Shown here: positions 32,722-41,936 of the stretch, piece by piece
Position numbering within the stretch: the first letter of the stretch is position 1
How the letters are laid out: the number at the start of each line of letters is the position of its first letter
Source: Candidatus Thiodiazotropha sp.
GTDB taxonomy: Bacteria; Pseudomonadota; Gammaproteobacteria; Chromatiales; Chromatiaceae
Length of the DNA stretch: 64,000 bases
Assembly (NCBI GenBank): GCA_040507005.1
Contig: JBEVVS010000113.1
Location: 33-64,032, forward strand
Direction of reading: 5' to 3'
Position numbers and translations under genes: made by a program
The notes under the pieces: model-generated
The model's input: only the letters and a program-made list of their open reading frames with translations
What the model was told of the DNA's origin: nothing
Databases searched by the model: none

Positions 32722-33526
32722 ATGAGGGTGTGCGAAATGTTACGAGTCAGTTACATTGTATTATTTTTGCCTTTTATAATAGTCCTATCTGCTTGCTCAG
32801 ATTCTTCAGTCGATACAAAAAATCTTCAATACAGAAACGGTGTTGCTTATTTAATAAATGAGAAAGAACCATATTCTGGAAACGCTGTTAGAATTGATAG
32901 TGGTGGTAATAAAAGAAAAGCCATGACATTTAAAGATGGACTAAAGGATGGCATATACAGAAAATGGACAAAATCAGGTCAAATAATACAAGAAGAAAAC
33001 TATAAACTAGGTAAGAAAAACGGTCAATTCAGTGCTTGGTATGACAATGGACAGAATAAAGAGGAAGCTCAGTATATTGATAATAGACAAGATGGTTTAC
33101 AAAAAAATGGCACTATAATGGACAACAGGCACTCCAAGCAATATATAAGAATGGCCTGAAAAATGGACCTTATATACAATGGGACAAAAAAGGCAATATC
33201 ATAAAAGAAGGAAAGTTTATTGATGATAAAGAAGAGGGTGCATTTACAAGCAGAATTTGTACATATAATAATGATGTTTGTAGAGTTAAGATATCAACCT
33301 TTAAAAAAGGTATTAGGCATGGGTTATACTCAGATTCATTTTCCGATGTAAAAAAAAGTTAGAGTCACATTATGTGAATGGTAATCTTGAGTGTAAAAAG
33401 ACTTCTTGGTGGGGTAATGGGAATATAAAACGAAACTGTGACTATCTGGAAGGTAAATTTTGTAAATGTACAAGTTTCAACGAGGATGGTAGTAAAAATA
33501 GAGAGTACAAGTGGAAACTGAACTAA
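32722..33526 (+). pseudogene. MORN-variant repeat (YwqK-like) lipoprotein with two 1-bp deletions
   Basis: Lipobox VLSAC; KDGxxDGxYxxWxxSG repeats continue in other frames after the A7 run (33101-33107) and the A8 run (33350-33357) to a stop at 33526. Confidence 0.8.
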
Positions 33527-33846
33527 TATTGAATAAAAGTTCACTTACCACGCGATGGGGTTTGATAGAAATCGCTGCCTGATTATTTTTGCTCTGAACT
33601 TCGAAACTTCGTAAACAGTGTCAGGCTGGGACTATAGCGAGAAAAAGACTACAGATAAGAATCGCATTGATGTACCACGGGTTATTCAGCCAGTGACCAT
33701 GACCGCACTTATCAGTGGTGGTGTGTCGAAACCTACCCCAGAAGAGGTGAAAGAGATTTAAAAAGCCCTAGCTAAAGCAGATGCCTGGTGCCAGGATAAA
33801 TTGTAAGCATCTCTGTCAGCATGAAATTGTAATAGGGGAAACAAAA

Positions 33847-34185
33847 ATGAAGTACATCATCGCCATTCTGTTCTTAATCTCATGTATATTTGGATTATTT
33901 TTGCTTAACCAAGCATCGGGAATAACGGGGCTGAGTAATAAAGGATTCACTACAGACAGAATATTACTAACACTTATTTCTATTTTATATGTATTCGGGA
34001 TTGTCTCAATTTTTCTAAAAAAGTATATCTTTGGCTTAATCTCGTCTCTCATAGCGGGCGCATTGACCATAGTCTTGATCTATATGAGTGGATTTTTAGC
34101 GGTCTGGCATGTATTTCTCATGCCTGGGTTAATTGGCATAGTGCTATTCTATTTTATTCAAAGAAAAGAAAGAATTAACGTTTAA
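33847..34185 (+). CDS. Hypothetical 4-TM membrane protein
   Basis: AGGGG RBS; hydrophobic 112-aa ORF. Confidence 0.7.
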   Translation: MKYIIAILFLISCIFGLFLLNQASGITGLSNKGFTTDRILLTLISILYVFGIVSIFLKKYIFGLISSLIAGALTIVLIYMSGFLAVWHVFLMPGLIGIVLFYFIQRKERINV

Positions 34186-34447
34186 AATAACGGAAGAAGA
34201 AAAACAAGAAGTGTTTCACTCATAATACACTAACTTAATTGATATAAGAAAAGATGGACACTAAAGAATTGGAAGTAATATGCAGGTCTCCCAGGTTCTT
34301 TCAAATAAATTCAAAAGTACGAAGTATCGTTTAAAAATAATTGTTAGGATGTGTCGAGGCTAATGGAACAGATATCTACGGGGTATCTTCAATTGTGAAG
34401 AGTGAATAAGTGTAGTTTATGGCTTAATTCCTAATGGGGGAAAATAT

Positions 34448-34672
34448 ATGTTATCAAAAATGATTGTATCGTCATACGAACTGTTAATTGAAATTTCTAT
34501 ATGGGTATTTCTATTAATATGTCTTATTTCCGGATGGACTATAGGGGATGGTGTATTAGGCGCGATTAGCGGTTTGATTGTGGGTTTCGTTTTTTCGGTA
34601 ATGTTTTTTGGTGCATTCTTGGTATTGAGTGATATTAGGACTTCTGTGCGTAATATTGAAAAATCGAATTGA
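34448..34672 (+). CDS. Hypothetical small 2-TM protein
   Basis: GGGGG RBS; 74 aa. Confidence 0.65.
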   Translation: MLSKMIVSSYELLIEISIWVFLLICLISGWTIGDGVLGAISGLIVGFVFSVMFFGAFLVLSDIRTSVRNIEKSN

Positions 34673-34785
34673 TTAACTGTCATTCAAACGCGGCTCCTTC
34701 GGTAGCCTGTAAAAAATATTTTACACGGTTGGCGTGGGTTAAATGAAATTCTTCAAGCGGCCTTCAAGACTATTTATCCATGAAC

Positions 34786-34808
34786 AAAGGGGCCGTAGCC
34801 CCTTTTTT
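34786..34808 (+). terminator. Rho-independent terminator
   Basis: AAAGGGGC-CGTA-GCCCCTTT followed by TTT. Confidence 0.7.
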
Positions 34809-35075
34809 CTTTCAGACCACTTATAAGTTATCTAAGTGGGTCAGTAAAGTAGTATATCATTTCATAGCCATCCGGAAGACCGTCCAAATCGCTGTCTCGA
34901 TTGGTACTGTCAGTGTAACCAAAAATTCACTGATAGCTGTAACACTGTCGATAAATGTGTAACGTGAAAGTGCTGCGCTTGATGAAGTAGAAAAAGAGAT
35001 TGAGCGAATTAGAACTAATCCAATAAATTAGTTCCTGATCACAGTCCCTTCAACGAAACAATAAATAGGTAAGCA

Positions 35076-35675
35076 CTAGATAGTCCTGCGAGAGCTGAAC
35101 GCAATAAATCCGATCAATGCCGAGCTGAATAACCAGACAGCTGCAGGGACAGGAACAGTTGCTGAGTAAAATTGCGGTTCGGATTCTCTTACATAGATAT
35201 CATAGCTATTGAATGGTATTGCATTCCAAGGCATACCAAGAAGTGAATTAATTATTCCATTGGTCATCCATGAAGATGCTTCTGAAGGCAGGAGAGATTG
35301 ACCGTAGTTACCATGAAAAGAACCGACAAATCCCGTCGATGTGTCAGAGAAAAGAATATCGGCTGTTTGAGCTATTGCAAGATCGTTAATGCCAGCTTGA
35401 GTCAATGTTGGCCAGGCATTGTGAAGGGTAGAAGCGCTGGCCAGTGACCATCCTCCTCCAAATGTGTCCATGTTCGCAAACACCTGCATGGGTTGGTTGC
35501 CTTGATTGATTCCGTCTGTATCGAGCCAATAGACGCCGCTAACTGCTGCCGGATTAACCATTAAAATAGATTGAGCGGAATAGCCTGGAGTAGTCGGTAA
35601 TGTGCCAATCGCCGCAGATGCAGAGTCATAAAACCCCACTAAAGCAACAAAAAAAAGTACTAGCCCCTTATTCAT
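35076..35675 (-). CDS. PEP-CTERM-type (VPVPA) surface protein with fibrinogen-related (xxDMxxxGGGW) domain
   Basis: Signal peptide; SGVYWLD...QVFANMDTFGGGWSL; C-terminal VPVPAAVWLFSSALIGFIAFSSRR. Confidence 0.82.
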   Translation of the reverse strand: MNKGLVLFFVALVGFYDSASAAIGTLPTTPGYSAQSILMVNPAAVSGVYWLDTDGINQGNQPMQVFANMDTFGGGWSLASASTLHNAWPTLTQAGINDLAIAQTADILFSDTSTGFVGSFHGNYGQSLLPSEASSWMTNGIINSLLGMPWNAIPFNSYDIYVRESEPQFYSATVPVPAAVWLFSSALIGFIAFSSRRTI

Positions 35676-36001
35676 AAAAACTCACTTACTCAACAAACAC
35701 ACCGCGTCAACTTTGCGAAGATACAACTTACATATAAAACCTATAAAAGCAGGGTCAATTAAACAATGGGTAGTAATGCCCATTAGAATTTACGGTTTAA
35801 TCAAATATTAAGAATGTACTATTACTAGTATGTACAGAGTTTGGATAGGACTAAGGAGATAGGCATGAAAAAGAATAAAACTCCTTTGTTACAATAGTAG
35901 TTTCAGGAATTAGAATCCAGAATCTTGAGATGGAGAGTCTGGTTGCTGTATCACAGCAAGATAATAGCATTAGTGACTGTCATCAACTCGCTGCTTGAAT
36001 C

Positions 36002-36301
36002 ATGGACCATAGACAAGAGATATCCACCATCACTTCCCTGTTCATTGGCAGTGTTGCCTCGCTGCTGCTGTCGCTAATTCTGCCGCGTATCATCGGCTAC
36101 TCAAATGACCTGGCGGGAGCTGCCGCCGCCACACTCACTTTCGCGGCTCTCTATATTCTGTCACTCAGCCTGTCGCTTTATCTGTTGGGAATTACATTAC
36201 TAGGACTGAAACGCATGAACCTAGGGCAACGTGTTATGGGAATACTGCCAACACTATTGGTCATGTTGGTTGGAGCAGTGTTGTTTTCGATGCTGAGATG
36301 A
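36002..36301 (+). CDS. Hypothetical 3-TM protein
   Basis: Hydrophobic 99-aa ORF. Confidence 0.65.
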   Translation: MDHRQEISTITSLFIGSVASLLLSLILPRIIGYSNDLAGAAAATLTFAALYILSLSLSLYLLGITLLGLKRMNLGQRVMGILPTLLVMLVGAVLFSMLR

Positions 36302-36318
36302 TGGTTTGATCATGCCTG

Positions 36319-36633
36319 CTAATCTGAATATCTGGCCAGCAGATAATCTGTGTTTGAATCAGCAGTGCTGTGCTCGAATACACTTGGCCTTCTGATTTCC
36401 AGATCGATTCGTATACGTAGCGTGCCATCTGTTTCGAGTATGCCCAATGCGCCTTCTGCCCTGTTTTTTAGGATTACAGAGGGATTGATATCATCAGATC
36501 TTCTGATGCAGACCAGCTTCCAGCCAAATTTCCTTAATATAGATAAACAGTGAACCTGTTGTTTATTGATATACAGTTCTGGAATGGGTGGTATAGGGCC
36601 TTCGCCAATGCGTCTATTTTCCATGGGGTACAC
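36319..36633 (-). CDS. Hypothetical protein
   Basis: AGGAGG RBS before GTG; 104 aa. Confidence 0.7.
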   Translation of the reverse strand: MYPMENRRIGEGPIPPIPELYINKQQVHCLSILRKFGWKLVCIRRSDDINPSVILKNRAEGALGILETDGTLRIRIDLEIRRPSVFEHSTADSNTDYLLARYSD

Positions 36634-36811
36634 CTCCTGATTGCTATAGATCAGGCAGAGCTATTATAACTGAGAGCCTTTAAATATTTCATGAAGCAGC
36701 AATGACAGGTAATCTTTATTACTGTTACATGAAATATAACGCAGCCTCAAGGATAAATAAGTCAATAAATGTTGCTTGGCATCACAAAAGAGACCGAATC
36801 ATCTAATGAGA

Positions 36812-37024
36812 TTATCGATTTAAATCCAGAACATCCTCTAAATGACTACTGCAGCTGCAGTTATTCAATTTCAGAAAACGTTTGTACACGTAAATCATCC
36901 TGTGATCGCGCTGAGATGTTGGTGGAGAATGTTCAGAAATCTTCTCACAGAAGAACTTGCAGCGTTCTTCGTCAGACACGATCAGCAGCTCTTTTCGATC
37001 CATGGCGATACACCCGAAGCTCAT
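36812..37024 (-). CDS. Hypothetical small protein
   Basis: 70-aa ORF; no motif recognised. Confidence 0.4.
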   Translation of the reverse strand: MSFGCIAMDRKELLIVSDEERCKFFCEKISEHSPPTSQRDHRMIYVYKRFLKLNNCSCSSHLEDVLDLNR

Positions 37025-37188
37025 TATTTTGCGCTCAATTATACGGATAGGTCTTGTACAAAAATGTAGGAATCGCCCTACAAAAAAATACAGAGTTTTT
37101 GGGGATATTTGCAGGGTATTAATTAGTGATTATTCTGCATTTTGGAAATTCCCAATCAGAATCTGTGGTAACTCTGCTTGGTATTTAA

Positions 37189-37476
37189 TTAGGACATGAT
37201 CCAATCCACCAACAATGCAAGCAGTGCAATAGCACCAAAGAAGACAGACAGGATTATGATCATCTCCCGGAAACGTCTTATAAACATCGAGGCAGCAAAA
37301 CCCAAACCTAAGCCGATGTAACCGCCCATGTCAGTTTTTCCCGACAGTTTGTAGCCGATTCCATAGGCCAAGCCCATCAGAATCAGAAACATTACAAAAG
37401 TTAAACTATTATCTGAATCCTCGTCGGCTCTTGTTTTCACTTTTACTTCATGTTCTTCATCCATAACCCTCTCCAA
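37189..37476 (-). CDS. Hypothetical 3-TM protein
   Basis: GGAGAGG RBS; hydrophobic C-terminal two-thirds. Confidence 0.65.
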   Translation of the reverse strand: MERVMDEEHEVKVKTRADEDSDNSLTFVMFLILMGLAYGIGYKLSGKTDMGGYIGLGLGFAASMFIRRFREMIIILSVFFGAIALLALLVDWIMS

Positions 37477-38024
37477 AGATTAGAGTATTTTCATTTACTG
37501 GATCTGTCCTGGTTATCCTGGGCGGCCAGAGACGCATCCCCCTGTGGCTGCTGAGGCGGTGGTTTGATCTATGCAGATGAGCCGCCATATTTGTCTCCAC
37601 GTGGATGTAGAAACATGGATATGCAGCTTATGAAAAGAGTAGTCCTATACATGCCCCCTCCATGAGTCTCCATTTAGAAATAGACAAGGGTGTTACACAT
37701 ATGCCCAATCGTGAATCAAATGTTACAGCCTTGAAATGACGTGAAAAACCAAGCGGTAAACGCCTTTGCGCGGTTACCGCCATAGGCCTTCAAGTAAAGG
37801 TAATTATTTTTGTATAGAAGAACTGAAATATTTTGACAATGGGTAGAACTGCCTATATGTGCATGAGGGTTATCCACAAACTTGGGTAGTGTATGTGAAT
37901 CTCTGTCAATGTGATTTGAGAGTGCACTAACTAACAGATCCGATGGGTATTATTTACTATTTCGCCCTTCGCGCTGTTGGGATAATAAGATTCAAGAAAC
38001 AGATACGGCGGAAGGAGCAGGCAT

Positions 38025-38234
38025 ATGATCGTTTATCGAAACCCCTCTAACGCTAAGATCAAAGAGCTGATTACCCGATCTAGCGAAGGCGCTGCCAGGT
38101 GGATCGAAGAGAAAGAGACCGGGGATGTTTTCTACTGGCCATCGGATACGGCGTATCACAAACAGATAGCGGAAATCCTGCATATAGCAGACTATGAAAA
38201 AGGCATAGCTATCGAAGATAGATATGAGTCCTGA
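38025..38234 (+). CDS. Hypothetical small protein
   Basis: AAGGAG RBS; 69 aa. Confidence 0.65.
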   Translation: MIVYRNPSNAKIKELITRSSEGAARWIEEKETGDVFYWPSDTAYHKQIAEILHIADYEKGIAIEDRYES

Positions 38235-38282
38235 CTCACCCTGTGTGTTGTGCCTTGGAAGGGCGCTCTTTTTAAACTAACG

Positions 38283-38308
38283 AAAAAAGGGAGACCAAAG
38301 TCTCCCTT
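38283..38308 (-). terminator. Rho-independent terminator of the PEP-CTERM gene
   Basis: AAGGGAGAC-CAAA-GTCTCCCTT with an A-run on the left (a U-tract on the minus strand). Confidence 0.75.
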
Positions 38309-38334
38309 CAGCCCGGTTGATTGGATTTTTTTAT

Positions 38335-38850
38335 TTACGACTTGATTCGGCCAAAGCGAGTTACCCCAAGCACTAAGAGACCCACACCCAACAGCAGGAA
38401 GGTGGAGGGTTCAGGTACGTTAGGTGTTGGCGTCAGGTCCGGTGTGCTCGGGACATCGGGGGTGATCGGGACTTCGGGTAGGGGAGGATTCACGGCCTCA
38501 GCAACAAGGGTATATTCAAAGGCCTCAAACGATTCGTCGTTATAAAACGCAGAGCCGGTTAATGCTGTCAGATTACTGCTATTGGTGAAGGTGAAAGAGA
38601 GCAGGTTGTCATAGTTGGCGTCAATGATTGAAAAATAATCTGCGTAGTTAATACCATAATCGCTGCCAAGCGCCGTACCACTGATGTTATCCACATTCAA
38701 TCCGGCAAGACCGATCGGTTCGGCGGCCCCATCTGCGTTGACGGTGTAGAGACCCAGGCTATCGACGCTGTGACTGAAAATCGGCAAGGCGTTTGCGGTA
38801 CCGAAAAATCCTAGAATCCCTATTATTAACAAATGCTTAGTCAGATCCAT
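38335..38850 (-). CDS. PEP-CTERM sorted surface protein
   Basis: Signal peptide, Pro/Thr-rich linker, VPEPSTFLLLGVGLLVLGVTRFGRIKS. Confidence 0.9.
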   Translation of the reverse strand: MDLTKHLLIIGILGFFGTANALPIFSHSVDSLGLYTVNADGAAEPIGLAGLNVDNISGTALGSDYGINYADYFSIIDANYDNLLSFTFTNSSNLTALTGSAFYNDESFEAFEYTLVAEAVNPPLPEVPITPDVPSTPDLTPTPNVPEPSTFLLLGVGLLVLGVTRFGRIKS

Positions 38851-39157
38851 TATCCTGCTCCCTTGGTTGAATTTTATTTTTGTGGGATTTTAAATCTTAC
38901 CGATAGGGTTTACAAGTAGTCGATCATCCTGTGCCGGTTAGTACAACAGTTGAACTCAGAGCGACTATTTTTCTGTATGAGCCGTGGGGGCCGTACATTC
39001 AATGGGATTGGCAAGAGTGCTCCATAGAGTGGTTTTTATATGAAAAATCGATGCATTTGGTATCAACCTGACTGAATTTATGCTAAAAATAAAGAGATAA
39101 TTCCTGATTTTTTATTGAGATAGAAACATTGTTTAAGATTGTCTCTCAGCAAAGCCG

Positions 39158-41932
39158 GTGAAAAAGAAAAAGCTCAAGAAAAAAGAACTCGCGGTCAGAA
39201 TCGGGCGATTGGTGGACCAATTCTCCGATCTGAACAACCGGCTCAATCGGGTTTCCCACGACAAGCTCAATCAAGGCTTGCAACTGGACCAGCTGAGTGA
39301 GGCTGATTCGGCCTTGCAACAGCGCCTGCAAGAGATGCAGTCACAGATCGAGCAGTTGATCGAGCAGGAAGAGGCCCTCGGTAGCTTATTGGGGTCTCTG
39401 CAGCTGCAGGCATCCGAGGCTGTCTCCACGCAAGAAACCAGTCCGGCGCAACAACACATCGACCATTTGAATACAGAGTTGGCGTCACTGCGCGAACAGC
39501 ATCAGGTGTTCAAGCAGGCGTTGGAGAGTGACACTCAATCCACCAACATTGTCGCGAACAATACCGATGACCTCCGCCGCGATGTGGCTGATTTGCTGAC
39601 CCATATCCGACGCCTCGAGGAGAGTGGCAGTGAGCTTCTGGTCAGTGATTCCAAGCATGAGTCGCAAATCCAGCGCTTGCAGAACGATATTGCTGAACTG
39701 GGTCAAAAACTGACGCAGGATTTAACAGAACAGAAAAGCCCGCAACAGGATGTCTCACAACTGCTGCATGAGAGCGCTCAACCCCTGCGCCACGATATCG
39801 AACATCTCAGACACCAGGTCAATGAGAAGGGAGGACAACAGAAGGAGTTGGAACGCCGCTTTTTGGAACTCTCCAATCGTATCGGTGAGACCGGTGCCAG
39901 ATTGGAGAGTCAGCAGCAAGACAGGGTCCGCAACAGTGAAGTCTTGGAGAATCGCCTATCCAGGTTAGAGGGCCTGGTGAGGGATCTCGAACCGGTATCC
40001 AATGCCGATCACTCCCAGCTTGCGAACCTGGCGCAGAAGCTCGACAAGGTAGAAGGGGATCTGCAATCCCTGTTGACTGAAAAGAGCGGTGAGCTGACAA
40101 CCCGCCTCGAATCCCTGGATGGCGCGGTTCACGAACAGGCAACCAAGCAGGAGTCTCTGCATCAACAGATCGATAAGCTGAGCAGTGATTTGTCCGGTGA
40201 CAGTCGCAGTTTGGAAGAGCGCCTGGCGAGCATCGATCTGCGACTTTCGAGCTACATCGATCAGCAGGCGAGTCAGGCGGATCCATTGGCATCGATCACA
40301 GCTGCGGTGGAGCAGCAAAAGACGGACCTTGAGGAGACGGTTAAGCAGCTGAAACAGGAGATCAACGAGCTGCAAACCAAGTTGCAGGCAATCGATACCG
40401 ATGAGCAGGAAGCAGCAGATTGGTTAGGCTCCATAGCTACCAATCTCGATCAACAAGCGGAGAATCGGGAACAATTGCAGCAGGCCCTCGCTAACACGCA
40501 CAGTGATCTCAACATCAGACTCGATGAGGTCAAGGCGCGATTGATCATCACCGAACGTCAGTTGAAGGAACAGGAGGAGAGTGCCCAGGAGCACTTGCTG
40601 AAGTTGGCCAATGTGGCAGAAGAGGTGACAGAGCAGGGCAGACATGGCGTAGATCTGAAGTTGAATGTGGCTACCCTGCAAGAGGATGCCGGCAACCTGA
40701 AAGAGAACAACAGCAAGCTTAACGAGCGTCTCGATACCTTACAGCAAGCGCAACAAGAGGAAGAACAGAGACAGACAGGGATCGCACAGCAGCTATCTAC
40801 AGTTGAGCAAGAGCAAAAGGAGATTCGCGAACTGAGCGAGTTGGGATTGGACTCCATGCAGGAGCGGGTCAAAACGGCATTGGCTCAACTGGCGGAACAA
40901 TCCGGATTGAATGAGGGGCTGACCCAGCGACTCGATGACCTGGAGGCCTCCCTGCAAGAGCAGTTCGGTACGATTGAATCCAAGCACAATAAACTGCTGG
41001 ACATGGAATCCGAGAACCAGAAACGGCTGGCACTCCAGGAGCAAAGCAATCGTACCCACACCGATGTGATCACGGAACTCAGGACAGATCATCAGGTATT
41101 GTTGGAGCAGAATGACAAACAGAAGACCTTTCTCGAGGCAATGACCTCTGAGTATGATAAGCGCCAGCACGAGTCGGAACAGATGACACAACGACTTGGT
41201 CTGCTCGGCAAACAGGTGGAAGAGACCCGCTCGAGCAGAACCTATCACGCCATGGCATTAGGGGGGCTGCTGGGATTACTGCTGCTGGCCGCATTTTTGG
41301 GTTACCAGTACTTTTCCAGTCAGCTCGGTGGAGTCGAGCGTGATGTCTCTCTGGAGTTGATGCGCGTCAGTGAGAACTATTTGACCCGCTCCGAAGTTGA
41401 GAATCTGATCAACGCCTCAACCGACAAGCAGGAGGATGACTCCGATTCGCTGATTGTTGAGGCGTTGATAGAAAAGCAACAGGAGATTGAGCAGCGATTG
41501 GTTGAGTTAGAACGTCTTGACGAACAAGCGCCTGTGCAACCCGACAGCCAAACGGAGACGCCTGTAACCGTCGAGCAGGTGGCAGCTCCAGAGCAAGCGC
41601 CGCAGCAAGAAGCACAAGAGTCCGTGCAACAGCAACCAATAGCGACCGATGCTTGGCAGGCGTTGCGAAATCGTGGTGGCTATACTATTCAGTTGATCGG
41701 TGTTTCCAACAAACCGGCAATCGCTGCTTTTGCCGGCAAACATAACTTGCAGGGGGAACTCGCCTATATCACGACCGATCGCGAGGGGAAGGAATGGCAT
41801 ATCCTCCTGCATGGCATATATGATACCTATTCAGATGCCGCAAAAGCACTGCAAGGTCTTCCGGAAGGGCTGAAATCTCAGAAGCCTTGGATACGGAAGT
41901 TACCGCAAAAGGGAAGCATCAATCGGCTTTGA
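39158..41932 (+). CDS. Long coiled-coil membrane protein with C-terminal SPOR (DamX-like) domain
   Basis: About 700 aa heptad-rich region, one TM (ALGGLLGLLLLAAFLGYQYF), SPOR motif YTIQL...W..LLHGIY...A..A...LP...KPWIR. Confidence 0.85.
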   Translation: MKKKKLKKKELAVRIGRLVDQFSDLNNRLNRVSHDKLNQGLQLDQLSEADSALQQRLQEMQSQIEQLIEQEEALGSLLGSLQLQASEAVSTQETSPAQQHIDHLNTELASLREQHQVFKQALESDTQSTNIVANNTDDLRRDVADLLTHIRRLEESGSELLVSDSKHESQIQRLQNDIAELGQKLTQDLTEQKSPQQDVSQLLHESAQPLRHDIEHLRHQVNEKGGQQKELERRFLELSNRIGETGARLESQQQDRVRNSEVLENRLSRLEGLVRDLEPVSNADHSQLANLAQKLDKVEGDLQSLLTEKSGELTTRLESLDGAVHEQATKQESLHQQIDKLSSDLSGDSRSLEERLASIDLRLSSYIDQQASQADPLASITAAVEQQKTDLEETVKQLKQEINELQTKLQAIDTDEQEAADWLGSIATNLDQQAENREQLQQALANTHSDLNIRLDEVKARLIITERQLKEQEESAQEHLLKLANVAEEVTEQGRHGVDLKLNVATLQEDAGNLKENNSKLNERLDTLQQAQQEEEQRQTGIAQQLSTVEQEQKEIRELSELGLDSMQERVKTALAQLAEQSGLNEGLTQRLDDLEASLQEQFGTIESKHNKLLDMESENQKRLALQEQSNRTHTDVITELRTDHQVLLEQNDKQKTFLEAMTSEYDKRQHESEQMTQRLGLLGKQVEETRSSRTYHAMALGGLLGLLLLAAFLGYQYFSSQLGGVERDVSLELMRVSENYLTRSEVENLINASTDKQEDDSDSLIVEALIEKQQEIEQRLVELERLDEQAPVQPDSQTETPVTVEQVAAPEQAPQQEAQESVQQQPIATDAWQALRNRGGYTIQLIGVSNKPAIAAFAGKHNLQGELAYITTDREGKEWHILLHGIYDTYSDAAKALQGLPEGLKSQKPWIRKLPQKGSINRL

Positions 41933-41936
41933 GAGC

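Noticed and set aside
33600-33795. ORF fragment (DKNRIDVPRVIQPVTMTALISGG...) with an in-frame stop, as a possible integrase remnant
   Set aside because: No tyrosine- or serine-recombinase motif recognisable; cannot be assigned without a search.
34708-34725. TGTAAA-N6-TTTACA palindrome (TyrR/PhhR-box consensus)
   Set aside because: AT-rich context and no plausible downstream gene start or aromatic-metabolism gene nearby.
37640-37660. CCTATAC match to the tRNA-Lys 3' half as a possible attR
   Set aside because: Only about 8 bp match; too short to define an island end.
37870-37878. Perfect DnaA box TTATCCACA in a long intergenic region
   Set aside because: Single copy; a 9-mer is expected by chance at about this frequency in 64 kb, and there is no box cluster or oriC context.
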